Shown: positions 61,575-64,000 of the stretch, piece after piece
Position numbering within the stretch: the first letter of the stretch is position 1
How the letters are laid out: every line of letters begins with the position of its first letter
DNA from: Azolla caroliniana
Lineage: Eukaryota > Plantae > Polypodiophyta
Assembly (NCBI GenBank): GCA_043228905.1
Contig: JBHGNT010000017.1
Coordinates: 13,020,001-13,084,000, forward strand
Reading direction: 5' to 3'
Length of the DNA stretch: 64,000 nucleotides
The notes under the pieces: generated by a model
Told to the model about the DNA's origin: nothing
Database searches by the model: none
Seen by the model: only the letters and a program-made list of their open reading frames with translations
Program-made: the position numbers and the translations under genes

Positions 61575-64000
61575 TGTTGGAGACAATGTCGTCAATGCGG
61601 AAGATCAAGTAGCATTCGATTCGTGCTTGAATACCTGCGTATGACAGTTTCTAGGTCGTTGCACAGAGAGAGAGAGAGACACACACACACAAAAGACTCT
61701 TTATTTCACAAAGCAATAATACAACACCCAACCTTACAAAAAGGTTACAAGGTCACTATATATAGTGACCGACTTAGGGCAACTACCCTTTATGCTAATT
61801 ACATAAATGGCCAAAACGGGATAGTGTGAATACGTCCATTATACACATGTATTCGACACTCCCCCGTAATGGGCGTATACATGGGTTATCTAAGATTACA
61901 GGTATAGACTTAGGTTCTCGGACATATCAGCTTTGTTCGAGTCGGCAGGGTCCGAAGGCAGAAGACCGAACTGGTCGGGTCGGAACAGTTGAAGCCGATC
62001 ATTAAGGAACTGATGTCGGTTGTCGGAACTATCCTGTGCTGTGTCCGGCTCTAACCGGACTGGTTTGTCGTTACGCCCATCTGATGCCGAAGAGACCGAA
62101 AGCGGTCTGCCGAAAGACACTTGGTCATTCCGTCTGCAACATTGTCGGTTGTGGATATTTTCTCTAGACCGATTTTCCCTGAAATGACGCAGTCCCGAAC
62201 GAAGTGATATCGAACGTCGATATGTTTGGAGGCGTTGTGGTGAACCGGATTTCTCGACAAGGCAACAGCACCTTGACTGTCGCTATAGACAACTGGGGCC
62301 GAGTCATGGTCGACTTGCCGAAACGTGTGCGCCAGCCGACCAAGCCATAAGGCTTCTTTTGCTGCGTCGGACGCAGCTACATATTCTGCTTCGGTCGTTG
62401 AGGTCGCTGTGCACTCCTGAAGTTTCGACTTCCACGAAATTGCTCCATTGCCGAATTTGAAGCAGTATCCGGTTGTTGATTTCCGACTGTCTATACAGCC
62501 GGCGAAGTCCGAGTCGGTGTAACCGACTACGCCTGAGGTTCGGTTCGGACCGAAGAGAATGCCGTGGTCTTTTGTGCCAGCCAGATATCTGAACACATGC
62601 TTGACTGCGTTCCAATGCGATCGGCCGGGATTGTGCATAAATCTGCTAACGACTCCTACGGCGTGAGAAATATCAGGCCGTGTCGCGACCATCAGGTACA
62701 TAAGGGAGCCGACTGCCGGTGCATACGGTACCGACTTCATATCTTCCCCCTCCGGACCGGATGTCGGGCAGTCTCGCTGAGAGAGCCGAAGATTCATAGG
62801 GAGCGGGGTTGAAGCAGATTTGGTTGATTGCATGTTGAAGCGTTCTAAGACACGTCGGATATAGTCGGTCTGAGACAGAAAAAGATGTCGTTTATTGCGA
62901 TGCCGACTAATCTTCATGCCGAGTATGTGTCGTGCCGGACCGAGGTCCTTCATGGCAAACTTCAACCGCAGTTGCCGAATGAGATCGGCAAGTTCGCCCG
63001 CGTGGCGTCCAGAAATTAGCATGTCGTCCACGTAAATGATGAGGAAGATGGGTGATCCATCTTGAGCTGTGTTGGTGAAAAGACAATGGTCCTCATCGCT
63101 TTTTGAGAAGCCGATCGATTGGATGAAGTCGTCGAACTTCTTGTACCATTGTCTCGGTGCCTGTTTGAGGCCGTATAGACTCTTCCTGAGTCGGCAGACT
63201 AGATGTTCTTGGCCAGGTGCCACGAAGCCTTTTGGCTGCTCCATATAAATTTCCTCCTCGAGATCACCATGGAGGAAGGCTGTTTTGACATCTAGCTGAA
63301 TCAGCTCCAAGTTGTCGGCTGCCACTACGCCGAGTAGAAAACGAAGGGTTGTCATTTTCACCACTGGTGAAAAAATCTCGTTGAAGTCGACGCCATATTC
63401 TTGTCGGAAGCCCTTCGCAACTAATCTGGCCTTGTACTTTGGGGTGGTCGAATCAGACGTCTCTTTTAGTCGATAAACCCACTTGCAAGGAAGAGCACGT
63501 CGGTTCCTAGGTAATTCGACCAGATCCCAAGTCTTGTTTGCCCGGATGGAGTGCATTTCCGACTCCATCGCCAGATGCCAGGTGGCGGAATCGACAGATG
63601 TCGATGCTTCTTCGTAAGACGTCGGTTCGCCGGCGTCGGTGAAGAAAATTCCAGGAGAGTACCTCTCCGGAGGTTGCGACAGTCTCTCGGATCGTCGAGG
63701 TATGATTGGACTGGTCGCATCGGGTATCGTGGTTGGATGGTCCGAAAGCGGATTGTTCTGCTGTGCCGAGTCGGAGTTGTCCGAGTCGGTAGTGTAAGGT
63801 TCAGCTACCCGTGAAGCTGGCCGTGTGTTGAGAGCGGGGCCTTCTTGAAGGGTCGGCACATCGGAAAATGTTACCCTTCGGACTTCGATCGGTTTGTCGA
63901 CTGATGGATTCATAGCCGACTCGTTGAACACAACGTCCGAACTTCGGACGATTTGTCTGCGTTCGGGATCCCAGAGTCGGTATCCCATTTCGCCGTCGGA
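61575..64000 (-). mobile_element. Second copy of Copia C (3' LTR 61575-61858 plus RT/RH), continues beyond the window
   Basis: The 645-aa translation matches the C-terminus of 46628-50641; 284-bp LTR. Confidence 0.97.

Overview
Land-plant nuclear DNA, probably a non-seed plant such as a fern (inferred from long introns, (CT)n-rich flanks and the TE lineages). A central island holds two intact + strand genes: an ARL5/ARFC1-type small GTPase (2 exons, 185 aa) and a WDR26/GID7 CTLH-complex WD40 protein (4 exons, ~594 aa). Both flanks are deep retrotransposon nests whose order can be read from LTRs and target-site duplications (TSDs). Left nest, oldest to youngest: Tcn1-like gag, decayed Copia D, a chromovirus, a 17-kb non-chromoviral Gypsy (A), then Copia B and two solo LTRs. 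Right nest: Gypsy gag relic, Copia G, an RTEX-like LINE in the (CT)n of G's LTR, then an intact Copia C and a deleted Gypsy (F); a near-identical inverted copy of Copia C sits inside Copia E. Most striking: Gypsy A and F both lack a polypurine tract (PPT). Next to the 3' LTR they carry a sense copy of a tRNA-Arg-like 3' half ending in CCA (an inward-facing second PBS) with a covarying hairpin in the T-loop. This suggests tRNA-based or self-primed plus-strand synthesis. Both also share a ~930-1000 aa accessory ORF downstream of integrase.
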